NCBI GenBank assembly: GCA_963811605.1
Contig: CAWESA010000006.1
Span: 837 to 64,836 of the forward strand
Direction: 5' to 3'
From: an uncultured delta proteobacterium
Lineage (GTDB): Bacteria; Desulfobacterota; Binatia; DP-6
DNA: 64,000 bases
Made by a program: the position numbers and the translations under genes. Below are positions 1-8,699 of this stretch, one piece after another. Each line of letters starts with the position of its first letter. Positions within the stretch are counted from its first letter, which is position 1. The notes under the pieces were generated by a model. It did no database searches, was not told the origin of the DNA, and was given only the letters and a program-made list of their open reading frames with translations.

Positions 1-2
1 CC

Positions 3-497
3 GCCTTCGTGCTGGAGGACATCCGCATCGACGGCATCTACGGCTGCGTCTCGGTGAGCTCGCTGTCGCCGTTTGTGTTCGTCGCCGCCCCCGACGAGTC
101 GTCGACCACCACCACGCTGGTCACGGAGACCAGCACCACGACGACATCGACGACGTCGACCACCACGACGACCACGATCCCCGCATGCGCCACGGCGCGC
201 GACTGCCTGGGCGAGCTGAAGGGTCGGGTGGACTGCCCCGAAGGGCTCGTCCCGGCGCTGAGCGCCTTCATCGACAAGAAGGTGAACGCGGTCCGCGGCA
301 AGCTGGCACTGGCCGTCAGCAAGCCGACCAAGGCCAAGCGGTTCGCTCGGCAGGCCAAGGCGCTCCTCACCCAGATCGACAAGAAGGCAGCGAAGCTGGC
401 GAAGAAGAGGAAGAACGGCATCTCGGCGGAATGCCGGCAGAGCGTCGGCCAGGCGCTGGCGCCGACGCTGGGGGAGATCGCCTCGGGCAGCTTCTAG
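3..497 (+). CDS. 3' end of a secreted protein: Thr-rich linker plus basic helical C-terminal domain (5' part outside the window)
   Basis: Frame is open from the window start; contains SSTTTTLVTETSTTTTSTTSTTTTTT followed by a Cys-containing, Lys-rich helical tail; TAG at 495-497. Confidence 0.7.
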   Translation, partial: AFVLEDIRIDGIYGCVSVSSLSPFVFVAAPDESSTTTTLVTETSTTTTSTTSTTTTTTIPACATARDCLGELKGRVDCPEGLVPALSAFIDKKVNAVRGKLALAVSKPTKAKRFARQAKALLTQIDKKAAKLAKKRKNGISAECRQSVGQALAPTLGEIASGSF

Positions 498-660
498 GCG
501 GCGGCGCCCGGGCGGTGCAGCGTCATCGCCCGGGCCGCGCCTCGATCACCGTGACCATGTAGGACGAGAGGGGCGGCGTCTCCCCGTCGAGGAAGCTGCC
601 GCGGAAGCTCCGCCGCGCCGGACGGGATGGGTTGAGTCTCGCGACATGCGCGTCCCCTCG

Positions 661-1449
661 TCACTCCGCGCCACCATGGAGGGTAGCGACGCCGGGGCGC
701 CTTTCTCTCGTCGTGAGGACGATCCCCGCCACCATCAACGCCGCGATGACGAGGGACGACGTGATGCGTCCCAGCCCGAGCCCCCCCTCGGGAGGCGGCT
801 TGGTGAGGGTGTCGCCGAGCGTCGCGCCGAGGGGGCGTGTGAGAACGTATGCGGCCCAGAACAGCACGTTGTCCTGGATCGCCGTGAGATGGTGTGCGGC
901 GACAACGAGCCCGATCAGGCCGGCGAACACCAGCGCACCCCGCTCGAAGCCGAGCCCGGCCGTCGTCGCGGTGAAATCGCCGAGGGCCGTGCCGAGCGTG
1001 TTCGAGACGAGGATCGTCAGCCAGTAGAAGACCTCGTCCCTCCGGTCCGTGATCTGTTCGAACCGTATTGCCCCGGTGGTGTGACGCCACAGCAACAGAA
1101 CGCCGATCACGCCGAGAAACAGGACGATCGAGGACTTCACATAGCCCAGCCCCGCCGTGCGATCGAGGTAGTCCGACATCGTGGTGCCGACCGTCGTGGT
1201 GGCCACCACGACGGCCCAGTACGCGAACGGATGGTAGCGCCTCGAGGCGACCTGGGTCGCGAGCGTCGCGAAGAAGAAGCCCAGGAAGATCAGCGTGCTG
1301 AGCGCATAGCCCAGCTGAAGGGTCATCGAGAGAGCGTCGCCGCCGGTCTCGCCGACCGTGGTCGCGCAGATCTTGATGAGCCAGAACATGAGGGTGACGC
1401 GGGGAACTTTGCTCTGCAGCCCGGCGGCCGCCGTCGTCGAAGATCGCAT
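661..1449 (-). CDS. COG4705/DUF347-repeat membrane protein
   Basis: SKVPRVTLMFWLIKICATTVGETGGD start and the repeated TTVGTTMSDYL / NTLGTALGDF / RPLGATLGD motifs; multiple TM segments. Confidence 0.85.
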   Translation of the reverse strand: MRSSTTAAAGLQSKVPRVTLMFWLIKICATTVGETGGDALSMTLQLGYALSTLIFLGFFFATLATQVASRRYHPFAYWAVVVATTTVGTTMSDYLDRTAGLGYVKSSIVLFLGVIGVLLLWRHTTGAIRFEQITDRRDEVFYWLTILVSNTLGTALGDFTATTAGLGFERGALVFAGLIGLVVAAHHLTAIQDNVLFWAAYVLTRPLGATLGDTLTKPPPEGGLGLGRITSSLVIAALMVAGIVLTTRERRPGVATLHGGAE

Positions 1450-1724
1450 GAACCGGGCACGCTAGCTGCGGCGTCGGCCCTCGATCAAGCCGCGCGACCC
1501 GTTTCGGGTCGAGGCCAAGACGAGAATCGTGACGTCATCATGAAGCGGCCAGCGTCCTTCACGTTCGGTTCACACGAGATCTGCCAGGAGTCGGGTGACA
1601 TGCGCGCTTCGAGCCGCCCATGGTGACGGTGCGGCGCGGATGCGCCGCTCGGTTGCTCATTTCTCGGATTGCCGCTTCCGGGGTCACCAGCCTCGAGGGC
1701 ATGGACCAGCTGACGTTCTGAGAC

Positions 1725-4004
1725 GTGGCTGGCCAGCCGGGAGCGCGAGGGCGGCCGTCGGCGCCGCTGGCACTCGCCGTCGTCACCTTCGTCGCCCTCG
1801 CGTTGTTCTGCATCCGCCTCACCGGGCCACCCAACTGGCTGGACAACGAGTACCGGGTCGGCGCGAGCGTGCTCGACGTCATCCGGGAGGGACACTGGAT
1901 CTGCCCCGAGGACGCGCTCGGCAACACCGACAAGCCGCCGTTGCTCAGCTGGCTGGCGGCCCTCGCGTCGCTGCCGTCCGGGCGCGTCACCCTGTTCACG
2001 ATCTACCTCCCCACCGCCCTTGCAACGCTCGCCGTCGCCTGGCTCGTCCTCGCGGTGGGACGTCGAGAGTGGAGCGCCCGTGCCGGGTTCCTGGCGGCGC
2101 TTGCCTACCTGCTCTGCGGGGTCGGTGCCAAGCAGATCGCCACCGCGCGGTGGGACGGACTGTTTGCCCTGACCGTCACGATGGCGGCGCTCGCGGCGTT
2201 CGACGCATGGATGGTCGGCGGCGCGTGGATCTGGTTCTGGGCGGCCGCCGCGGCCGCGACCCTGACCAAGGGGCCGCTCGGAGTCCTGCTCGGGGGGCTG
2301 GGACTTCTCGCAGCCGTGTGGGAGCGTCGCTCGGGCACCCCGGCGCCGATCCGGGGCAGCCAGCTCCCGGGTATCGGGCTCTATCTGATCATCACGGTCG
2401 GCTGGTTCGTGATCGCCTATCTCCAGGTCGGACCGCACCTCGTCGACAACATGCTCGGCCGGGAGCTCCTGGGCCACGTGGTCGAGCACGCACCCGGACG
2501 GCGGTTCACCAAGCCGGTGCAATGGTTCCTCGGCAACTTCGCCCCCTGGAGCATCGCCACGCTCGTAGGCCTCGTGCGGATCTGCCGCGCTCCCGCCCAC
2601 GAGCACCGCGCGCGACGATTCGAGCGTTTCCTCCTCTGCTGGCTCGTTGGCGGGATGCTGATCTTCTGCCTCTCGCCCCACAACGCCGCCCGGCTCATCT
2701 TCCCGCTGATCCCGGCGGCCGCGCTGATCGCCGGCCGCGAGCTGGCAAGCCTCACCGCGCGCGTTGCGGATGGAGCGCTCGCCCTGGCCTGCGCCGCCAC
2801 GATCGTCGTGGCGCTAGGCATCTCGTTCTTCATCTACCATCACGTCGCGCTGAGGCACACGGAGGTGCGCCAGACCCTCGCGATGCGGGAGCTGGCGGAG
2901 GTCGTGCGGCGATCGGTCGGCACGGGGTTCCCGCTGACGTACGTCGATGTCCCGATGGCGCTACCGCTTCTCCTCGATTCCGTGCGACCGGCCGTGTCCC
3001 TCGACCGGGCCGCCGTCTTGCTCGCGGGCGACGCGGCGGCGTTCGCGGTCGTGGAGAATCTCGCGCGCCTGCGCCAGGCCGTCGGACCGCACGTGCAGCT
3101 CCACGAGGTGGCGACGGCGGCGGTCGATGGCCGTCCGTGGCTGCGAGTCATGGCGAACCGGCCGCGGCTCGAGCGGACGGACCCGATCTCGACCTTCGTC
3201 GGCCCGTTGCTCGTCCGGATGATCGCCCTCGATCTCGACTCCGCGGGGCGAAGCACCATCGCCTTCAGGCGGCGCGGACCGGACGCCGCCGCCACGCTCG
3301 TCAACGTCGGCACCGTTCCGACGACGGTTCGGGTGCGGTTCCTCGACGCGGGTGGATGGTCCGTCGAGCGCACGCTCGAAGCCGGGGAGTCCTGGCAGCT
3401 CCGAGGGGACGCCCTTCCCGCGCCCGACCGCGCGGGAACGACGCTGACATCGCGATCCGAGCATCGTGGTCTCGGCGACGTCGCCATCCTGCCGCTCGCC
3501 GCGCGACGGGACCGCCGGTTCCTCGAGCGTGCCACGCTGATGCTTGCGGGGGCGGAATCCCGCTGGTCGCAGCGGGCGATCGAACCGCCGGCCGATGGAC
3601 ACGAGTCCGGCTTCGGGGGATCAACGGAGCGACCCTCGGTGGACCATGCGTGGACGGGCCTACTTCCGGGACGATCGGGTATTCTACGTCGGACCGGACA
3701 TCCCGTCAGTCCTGCACGCGCACCACGCTGCCCAGGTGTGCATCTCGCTGTCCACGCCTCTTCGCATCCGGTCGTCGTCGTCCGCTGGATGGCGCCGTTG
3801 CGACGGGGCCGTCATCCCGCCCGACGTCCCGCACGAGACCGATCCGCCCGTGCCGCTGATCGCGACCTTCTGGCGCGACGCGGATACCCCGGAGGCGCGA
3901 CGCATCGTCCCGCCGTTCGCGCGCGACGCGATCCGCCCGCTCGATCGGTCGCGGGTGCGGATGCTCGTTCCGGGTCTGCGTCGCTGCTGGGACGGTCGGG
4001 TTGA
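1725..4004 (+). CDS. ArnT/PMT-like (GT-C fold) membrane glycosyltransferase with a C-terminal soluble extension
   Basis: DKPPLLSWL, ARWDG, TLTKGP motifs and about 12 hydrophobic segments. The ORF runs about 360 nt into the next gene, so the true coding end is probably near 3640. Confidence 0.75.
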   Translation: MAGQPGARGRPSAPLALAVVTFVALALFCIRLTGPPNWLDNEYRVGASVLDVIREGHWICPEDALGNTDKPPLLSWLAALASLPSGRVTLFTIYLPTALATLAVAWLVLAVGRREWSARAGFLAALAYLLCGVGAKQIATARWDGLFALTVTMAALAAFDAWMVGGAWIWFWAAAAAATLTKGPLGVLLGGLGLLAAVWERRSGTPAPIRGSQLPGIGLYLIITVGWFVIAYLQVGPHLVDNMLGRELLGHVVEHAPGRRFTKPVQWFLGNFAPWSIATLVGLVRICRAPAHEHRARRFERFLLCWLVGGMLIFCLSPHNAARLIFPLIPAAALIAGRELASLTARVADGALALACAATIVVALGISFFIYHHVALRHTEVRQTLAMRELAEVVRRSVGTGFPLTYVDVPMALPLLLDSVRPAVSLDRAAVLLAGDAAAFAVVENLARLRQAVGPHVQLHEVATAAVDGRPWLRVMANRPRLERTDPISTFVGPLLVRMIALDLDSAGRSTIAFRRRGPDAAATLVNVGTVPTTVRVRFLDAGGWSVERTLEAGESWQLRGDALPAPDRAGTTLTSRSEHRGLGDVAILPLAARRDRRFLERATLMLAGAESRWSQRAIEPPADGHESGFGGSTERPSVDHAWTGLLPGRSGILRRTGHPVSPARAPRCPGVHLAVHASSHPVVVVRWMAPLRRGRHPARRPARDRSARAADRDLLARRGYPGGATHRPAVRARRDPPARSVAGADARSGSASLLGRSG

Positions 4005-4152
4005 CGGTCCGCATGCTGCGGAGGTCCTCGCGGAGTCGATCCGCCTACTCGCCCCGTCGGTCGCGTCTCAGCCTGCGCTCGACCCGCGGGTCGTCCGCGC
4101 CCGCGACCTCCTGCGGGCGGCACCGGAGCCCCGCCACGGGAGCTGCAGCATC
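3646..4152 (+). pseudogene. AraC-family regulator N-terminal domain with the HTH missing, fused in frame to the next ORF
   Basis: LHAHHAAQVCISL...IPPDVPH cupin-like domain and the LDPRVVRARDLL helix, but no following SxxRLxHLF/HTH domain. Confidence 0.65.
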
Positions 4153-4638
4153 ATGATCGATGGAGCGAATACCCCGCGGGTCGTGGCGTGGAGCGCGATC
4201 GTCGTCGCCGCGTTGATCGGCCGCTACCTGGTGCCGGAAGGATCGACGCGCGACCTCGTGGTGCGGGCGATCCTCCTGCTCATGGCCGCGGGTGAGGCGG
4301 CCGCGGGCGTCCTGCAGGTGTTTCGGGCCCGGCAGACGGCAGCGATGGCCGGTCGGACGTATTCGGCGAGCTATCACGGGCTCGTGCAGGACTTCGGCTT
4401 CTACAACCTGGCCATGGCGACGCTGTTCGTGCTGGGCGCCGTCGACCCGGCGCGCAACCGTGTCGTCCTTCCGGTCGCCGTGCTGCTCTACGGCGTGCAC
4501 GGGGGCACCCACGTGCTCCGCGCGTTCGGGATCTACTACGGTGGCGAGACCGCCATCCCGACGCGTCGATCGGCCCATGAGATGCGCGACGGCCTTCCCC
4601 TCCTGGCGGCGGTCATCGGTCTCCTGCTCTTCGGCTGA
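4153..4638 (+). CDS. Small multi-pass membrane protein of unknown function
   Basis: ATG at 4153, in frame with the AraC remnant; several hydrophobic segments; YHGLVQDFGFYNLA motif. Confidence 0.6.
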   Translation: MIDGANTPRVVAWSAIVVAALIGRYLVPEGSTRDLVVRAILLLMAAGEAAAGVLQVFRARQTAAMAGRTYSASYHGLVQDFGFYNLAMATLFVLGAVDPARNRVVLPVAVLLYGVHGGTHVLRAFGIYYGGETAIPTRRSAHEMRDGLPLLAAVIGLLLFG

Positions 4639-4893
4639 CCGCCCGGGTGGCCGCCCCCGTGCCCCTCGGATGACCGGCCGCCCCTGGCCATACGCGAGGC
4701 GACGGCTGCGGCACGGCTCGACCGTCGCGAAGACGCACACCAGGCCCGCGGTGGTGCCGTCGTGGCCGGCGATCTCGCGGGCGCGCGCGCTGTCCGACGC
4801 GTTCCGGCACTGCGAAGGGGTTTTCGCGCGGCGCCGGCGCTACACGGCTCCGTCGGCCAGCGAACCCGCTTGCCCGGGGGTGGCAGCCCGTCA

Positions 4894-5361
4894 ATGATGA
4901 TGCGGCTCTTCATGGAGGCGCGGTGGCGGCGTCCCGGGATGTGGTCCGGGTGGGGATGGCGCGTCCTCGTGCCCCTCCTCGTCGGGATGCTCCTTGCCGC
5001 GGCGGTGGCCAAGCCCCCCCCCGGCCAGAACGTGCATCGTTCCGACGCCGTCTGCACCGGCTGTCACACCGCCGATCAAGGAACGCTCGAGCGGGACCGG
5101 GTCGCGGCACGGTCGCTGCTCGCCGCCGATCTCGAGGAGCGATGCATCCTCTGTCACGACGAAGGCCCATCGCATCACACCGGAATACGTCCGAAGAAGC
5201 CAGTTCCCGACACGCTGCCCCTCTCTGGCGAGGGGCTGATCACGTGTGCGACGTGTCACTTCGTCCACGGAGAGCCCGAGGCCGTCGGGGAGGCACTGCG
5301 CATCGACAACACCCAGGGCCGGCTGTGTCTCACGTGTCACGAGCTGGCAGAGCTCCGGTGA
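4894..5361 (+). CDS. Small periplasmic tetraheme c-type cytochrome (doubled-CXXCH-like)
   Basis: Four CXXCH motifs (CTGCH, CILCH, CATCH, CLTCH) after a hydrophobic signal-like segment; start could be 4894-4939. Confidence 0.85.
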   Translation: MMMRLFMEARWRRPGMWSGWGWRVLVPLLVGMLLAAAVAKPPPGQNVHRSDAVCTGCHTADQGTLERDRVAARSLLAADLEERCILCHDEGPSHHTGIRPKKPVPDTLPLSGEGLITCATCHFVHGEPEAVGEALRIDNTQGRLCLTCHELAELR

Positions 5362-5380
5362 AGTGCTCGAGGGAGGGTGA

Positions 5381-5980
5381 GTGATGGGATTCCTTGGTTT
5401 GCTGCACTCCCATCCGCGACACCGCAATCGACAACTGCGATGGGTGGTGCCGCTCGTGACGCTCGTGCTGGTGGCGACCCTGGCCGCCCTCGCGGTGCAG
5501 TACCAGGTGAGCGACCAGGTCATCGGCACGGAGTTCTTCCGGGCGCACAAGACCATCAGCCACACCGGTGAACTCCTGCGCCGCGGCACGGTCATCGGCG
5601 GCAGCGTCCTCGTCGCGCTCGCGACCGTGCTCGCGGTGTGGGCGTTCCGGGTCACGCACCGCATCGTGCGCCCGGTCCACACGCTGCATCGCGCGCTCGA
5701 TGCGCTCGGGGCGGGCGACCTCGGTGTGCGCGTGGACCTGCATCAGGACGACGAGTTCCAGGAGGTGGCCGCCGCGCTGAACCGGCTGGTGGACGAATTC
5801 GCCGCCGCCTTGGCCACGGTGCACGAGTTGGTCGACCGCATCGCCGCGCACACGGCCCCCGGGACGCGCGCGACGGGCGCCCCGTCCGAGGTCTCCGAAC
5901 TCGCCAGGACGCTCGACGAGACGATGGAGTTCTTCCGCCTCGCGCCGCGCCGCACGATCCGTGAAGACGACGAGGACTGA
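5381..5980 (+). CDS. Short two-TM HAMP-domain protein without an output domain (mini-MCP-like)
   Basis: Two TM helices, HRIVRPVHTL...GDLGVRVDLHQDDEFQEVAAALNRL HAMP pattern, and a short helical tail ending in EFFRL; GGGAGG RBS upstream. Confidence 0.8.
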   Translation: MMGFLGLLHSHPRHRNRQLRWVVPLVTLVLVATLAALAVQYQVSDQVIGTEFFRAHKTISHTGELLRRGTVIGGSVLVALATVLAVWAFRVTHRIVRPVHTLHRALDALGAGDLGVRVDLHQDDEFQEVAAALNRLVDEFAAALATVHELVDRIAAHTAPGTRATGAPSEVSELARTLDETMEFFRLAPRRTIREDDED

Positions 5981-6698
5981 CCTCGCCCGCGCCCTCTTCC
6001 TCGTGGCCGTGGCGCCCGTGCTGGCGCGGGCGTCACCCACCGGGCTCATCCAGATTCCGACCCCGGATCTGGTGCCGTTCAAGCAGCTGACTCTCCAGCT
6101 CCAGAACGGCAACACGGAGGTGAGCGGCGACGCCTCGGTCTGGCACCAGCCGCAGGTGGAGCCGCAGACCCAGTTCGGACTGCCATGGCACGCGGAAGCG
6201 GGGCTGGACGTCGCGCCCATCAACGCGCGCCAGGACTATCGGCCCGAGCTCAACCTCAAGTGGGTACCGATCCAGGAAGACTACTGGATCCCGGCGACGG
6301 CCGTCGGAGCGACGCAGCTCGGGGTGGGCTTCACTCCGAGCTACTACCTCGTCGCGAGCAAGACGCTGAACTATGCGCAGATCGCCTATCAGAAGTTCCG
6401 AGCCCATCACCGCAACATCAAGTTGCGCGGCGTCCGGGTGGTGGCCGGCATCCAGGAGACCGGCAACGCCTGGAGGGCGCTCGTGGGCACCGACATCGAG
6501 GTGAGCGACCATTTCATCGTCGAGGCCGACTGGATATCGGGGGCGCAGAACTCCGTGTCACTCGGCGGCGTGTTGGTGATCAACCAGCACGACAGCATCA
6601 CTGCGGCGCTCTTGCGCGCGAACGATCAGGACCGCCTGAGCGGGGTACTCCTGCAGCTCACCCACACCTTCGACGTGACCAGTCCCTTCGAGTGGTGA
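5961..6698 (+). CDS. Putative outer-membrane beta-barrel protein (YjbH-like)
   Basis: Signal peptide ending ARA-S, PTGLIQIPT start, alternating beta-strand pattern, C-terminal aromatic residue. Confidence 0.6.
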   Translation: MKTTRTDLARALFLVAVAPVLARASPTGLIQIPTPDLVPFKQLTLQLQNGNTEVSGDASVWHQPQVEPQTQFGLPWHAEAGLDVAPINARQDYRPELNLKWVPIQEDYWIPATAVGATQLGVGFTPSYYLVASKTLNYAQIAYQKFRAHHRNIKLRGVRVVAGIQETGNAWRALVGTDIEVSDHFIVEADWISGAQNSVSLGGVLVINQHDSITAALLRANDQDRLSGVLLQLTHTFDVTSPFEW

Positions 6699-7270
6699 GG
6701 GGGCATCGTTGCGCCGGATGATCCACCGAACGAAGGGGCTATCGCCCAGCACGAGTCTGCACCAGTGCACCGCCGTCCAGATGCGCTCAAGCATCCGACG
6801 GTGTGACTTGACGATGGCCTCCGCATTGCTCGACCTCGGTGCCAGCCCCACCCCGTACCAGTTTCCCGTCGCGGGTCGACCTTCCGGGGTCGGTGGTCAC
6901 TCGCTACATCGGAGTCTTCCCGGTCGCATTGTTCCGCCCCTTTCGCCCACGACGCATCTGGTGGACACGAACCCGCCAATCGCGCGTCACGCCGACTTCG
7001 TCGGGAGGTCGGTTGCCGTATCGGCGTTGCCGACTCGAACAGCGGGGTTTTCCTTGCAGGCCGGATGCTGTACCGGACGCTCGTGGAGCGTGGGGAGGAG
7101 GCGGCATCGGGCCGGTGGTACCAGCGGAGGTGCAGCCGGAAGACCGAGACCGGACGGGGCCCCCGACCGTGATCCGTCCACCCACGAAGGAGCCGACGTA
7201 GATGACGCGGTCGTGCGGGTCGATGCGACCGCCGGGAGCGTAGCGCGCGCGCCACGCCGGGAGGTCGGGG

Positions 7271-8650
7271 ATGACTTGGACTCGTGTGCTCTGGATGGTC
7301 TCGTGGACCGCGGTCGCTGCCGCCGGCGTCCCCGGGAAGGCGCAGGCGGGCGATGTGCCGGCAGCACCCGCGCGTGACGGCGACGCGGCACCCGCGAGCC
7401 GCTTCGACGACACCGGACGCCTCTACCTCTGGTTCGAATCGGGGATGAACTTCACGCTCGACCGTCACTTCGCGGGTGACGCGCGAGTGGTCCCGAACTC
7501 CAACGTGGAGCTCAGCCTCGGCGGCGGGGCCGGATACAACATCGACCGCCACTGGGGCGTCGAGCTCCAGGTCGACGGGACCGATCCGTGGGTGCGCTCG
7601 GAGACCCGTGGCGGCATCGACCGGATCAGCGTGATCACCTTCGTGCCGGCCGTACGCTACCGCTGGGCCCTCGGTGACGGCAGGCTGATGCCGTACCTGA
7701 CCGGAGGCGTCGGGCTCTCCTCGAACGACGTGCACGGCTTCTTCAAGCCTCATGCGCAGAGCAACACCGCCTCGACCACGGTCGTCGGCTCGCTCTCCGC
7801 GGGCCTCGACTACTTCATCTCCGAGAACGTGGCCGCAGGGTTCGAGTTCCGGTCTCTCATCCATCCCGACCAGGATGCGGAGGTGACCTTTCAGAGTCCG
7901 CACACGAGGCGGGTCACGCGCTACACCGACTCGCTCAATCTCACCTCGGTCTCCCTGCTCGCGCACCTGCGCTTCTTTCCCGGCCAGCAGGCGAGCGCCG
8001 ACGGCGGCGAGCGCACCTTCTTCCTGGCGGCCCACGGGCCCTTCGACACGGACGAGCTGCGCGGCTACGTGGCGGGCCTCTTCGGGTACGACTACATCTG
8101 GGACACGAACGTCGGCGCCGGCGTCCACGTGCGCGACAAGGGAGGCGACGCGAACCTGACCAAGGGCGGCGCGCTCGGCCTCAACTTCGACGGCCACTGG
8201 GGTGCCGAGGTCCAGCTGCTCTACACCATGCTGAACCTCCGCATGAGCACGGGACCCCGATTCGCCAAGATGAACGTGTTCGAGGTCCTGCCCGCCCTGC
8301 GCTACCGCTACCCGCTGCTCGGCGGGCGGCTCGTTCCCTTCCTGATGGGCGGCGTCGGCGTATCCTATCTCGACACGAACGAGCAGCGACCGGTATCCGT
8401 GACCCAGGGCGGCAAGCCGGCGATCGTGTTCCCGAACTTCGAACCCGGTAGCCCGGCGATCGTCGGCATGATCGGCGCCGGCATCGAGTACTTCCTGAAC
8501 CATCACCTGAGCGTCGGTCTGACGGTGCCCCTGCACCTCTACTCGAGCGTCGACACCGAGCTACGGCAGGCGGGGCGCAAGACGATGACCGGGACCGCGG
8601 ATCTCACGGGCGTCGACGTGTTCCTGCAGCTCAAGGCCTACCTCCCGTGA
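7271..8650 (+). CDS. Outer-membrane protein with two tandem OmpA/OmpW-like beta-barrel repeats
   Basis: Signal peptide; two homologous halves (HWGVELQ/HWGAEVQ, PAVRYRW/PALRYRY, GRLMPYLTGGVG/GRLVPFLMGGVG, AGLDYFI/AGIEYFL). Confidence 0.8.
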   Translation: MTWTRVLWMVSWTAVAAAGVPGKAQAGDVPAAPARDGDAAPASRFDDTGRLYLWFESGMNFTLDRHFAGDARVVPNSNVELSLGGGAGYNIDRHWGVELQVDGTDPWVRSETRGGIDRISVITFVPAVRYRWALGDGRLMPYLTGGVGLSSNDVHGFFKPHAQSNTASTTVVGSLSAGLDYFISENVAAGFEFRSLIHPDQDAEVTFQSPHTRRVTRYTDSLNLTSVSLLAHLRFFPGQQASADGGERTFFLAAHGPFDTDELRGYVAGLFGYDYIWDTNVGAGVHVRDKGGDANLTKGGALGLNFDGHWGAEVQLLYTMLNLRMSTGPRFAKMNVFEVLPALRYRYPLLGGRLVPFLMGGVGVSYLDTNEQRPVSVTQGGKPAIVFPNFEPGSPAIVGMIGAGIEYFLNHHLSVGLTVPLHLYSSVDTELRQAGRKTMTGTADLTGVDVFLQLKAYLP

Positions 8651-8699
8651 CCGGGACGGGCTCGCCCCGCGCGCAGCCGGGCGAGACGTGGTGCTGGTG

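Noticed and set aside
100-180. ACC/ACG tandem repeats as a VNTR or array
   Set aside because: They simply encode the Thr-rich linker of the first protein.
6769-6780. TGCACCAGTGCA as another operator
   Set aside because: Spacing is N4, not N7, and it is far from any start codon.
7150-7270. Minus-strand DPHDRVIYVGSF as a MocR/PLP-aminotransferase remnant
   Set aside because: A single short motif overlapping the barrel gene's upstream region, with no supporting flanking similarity.
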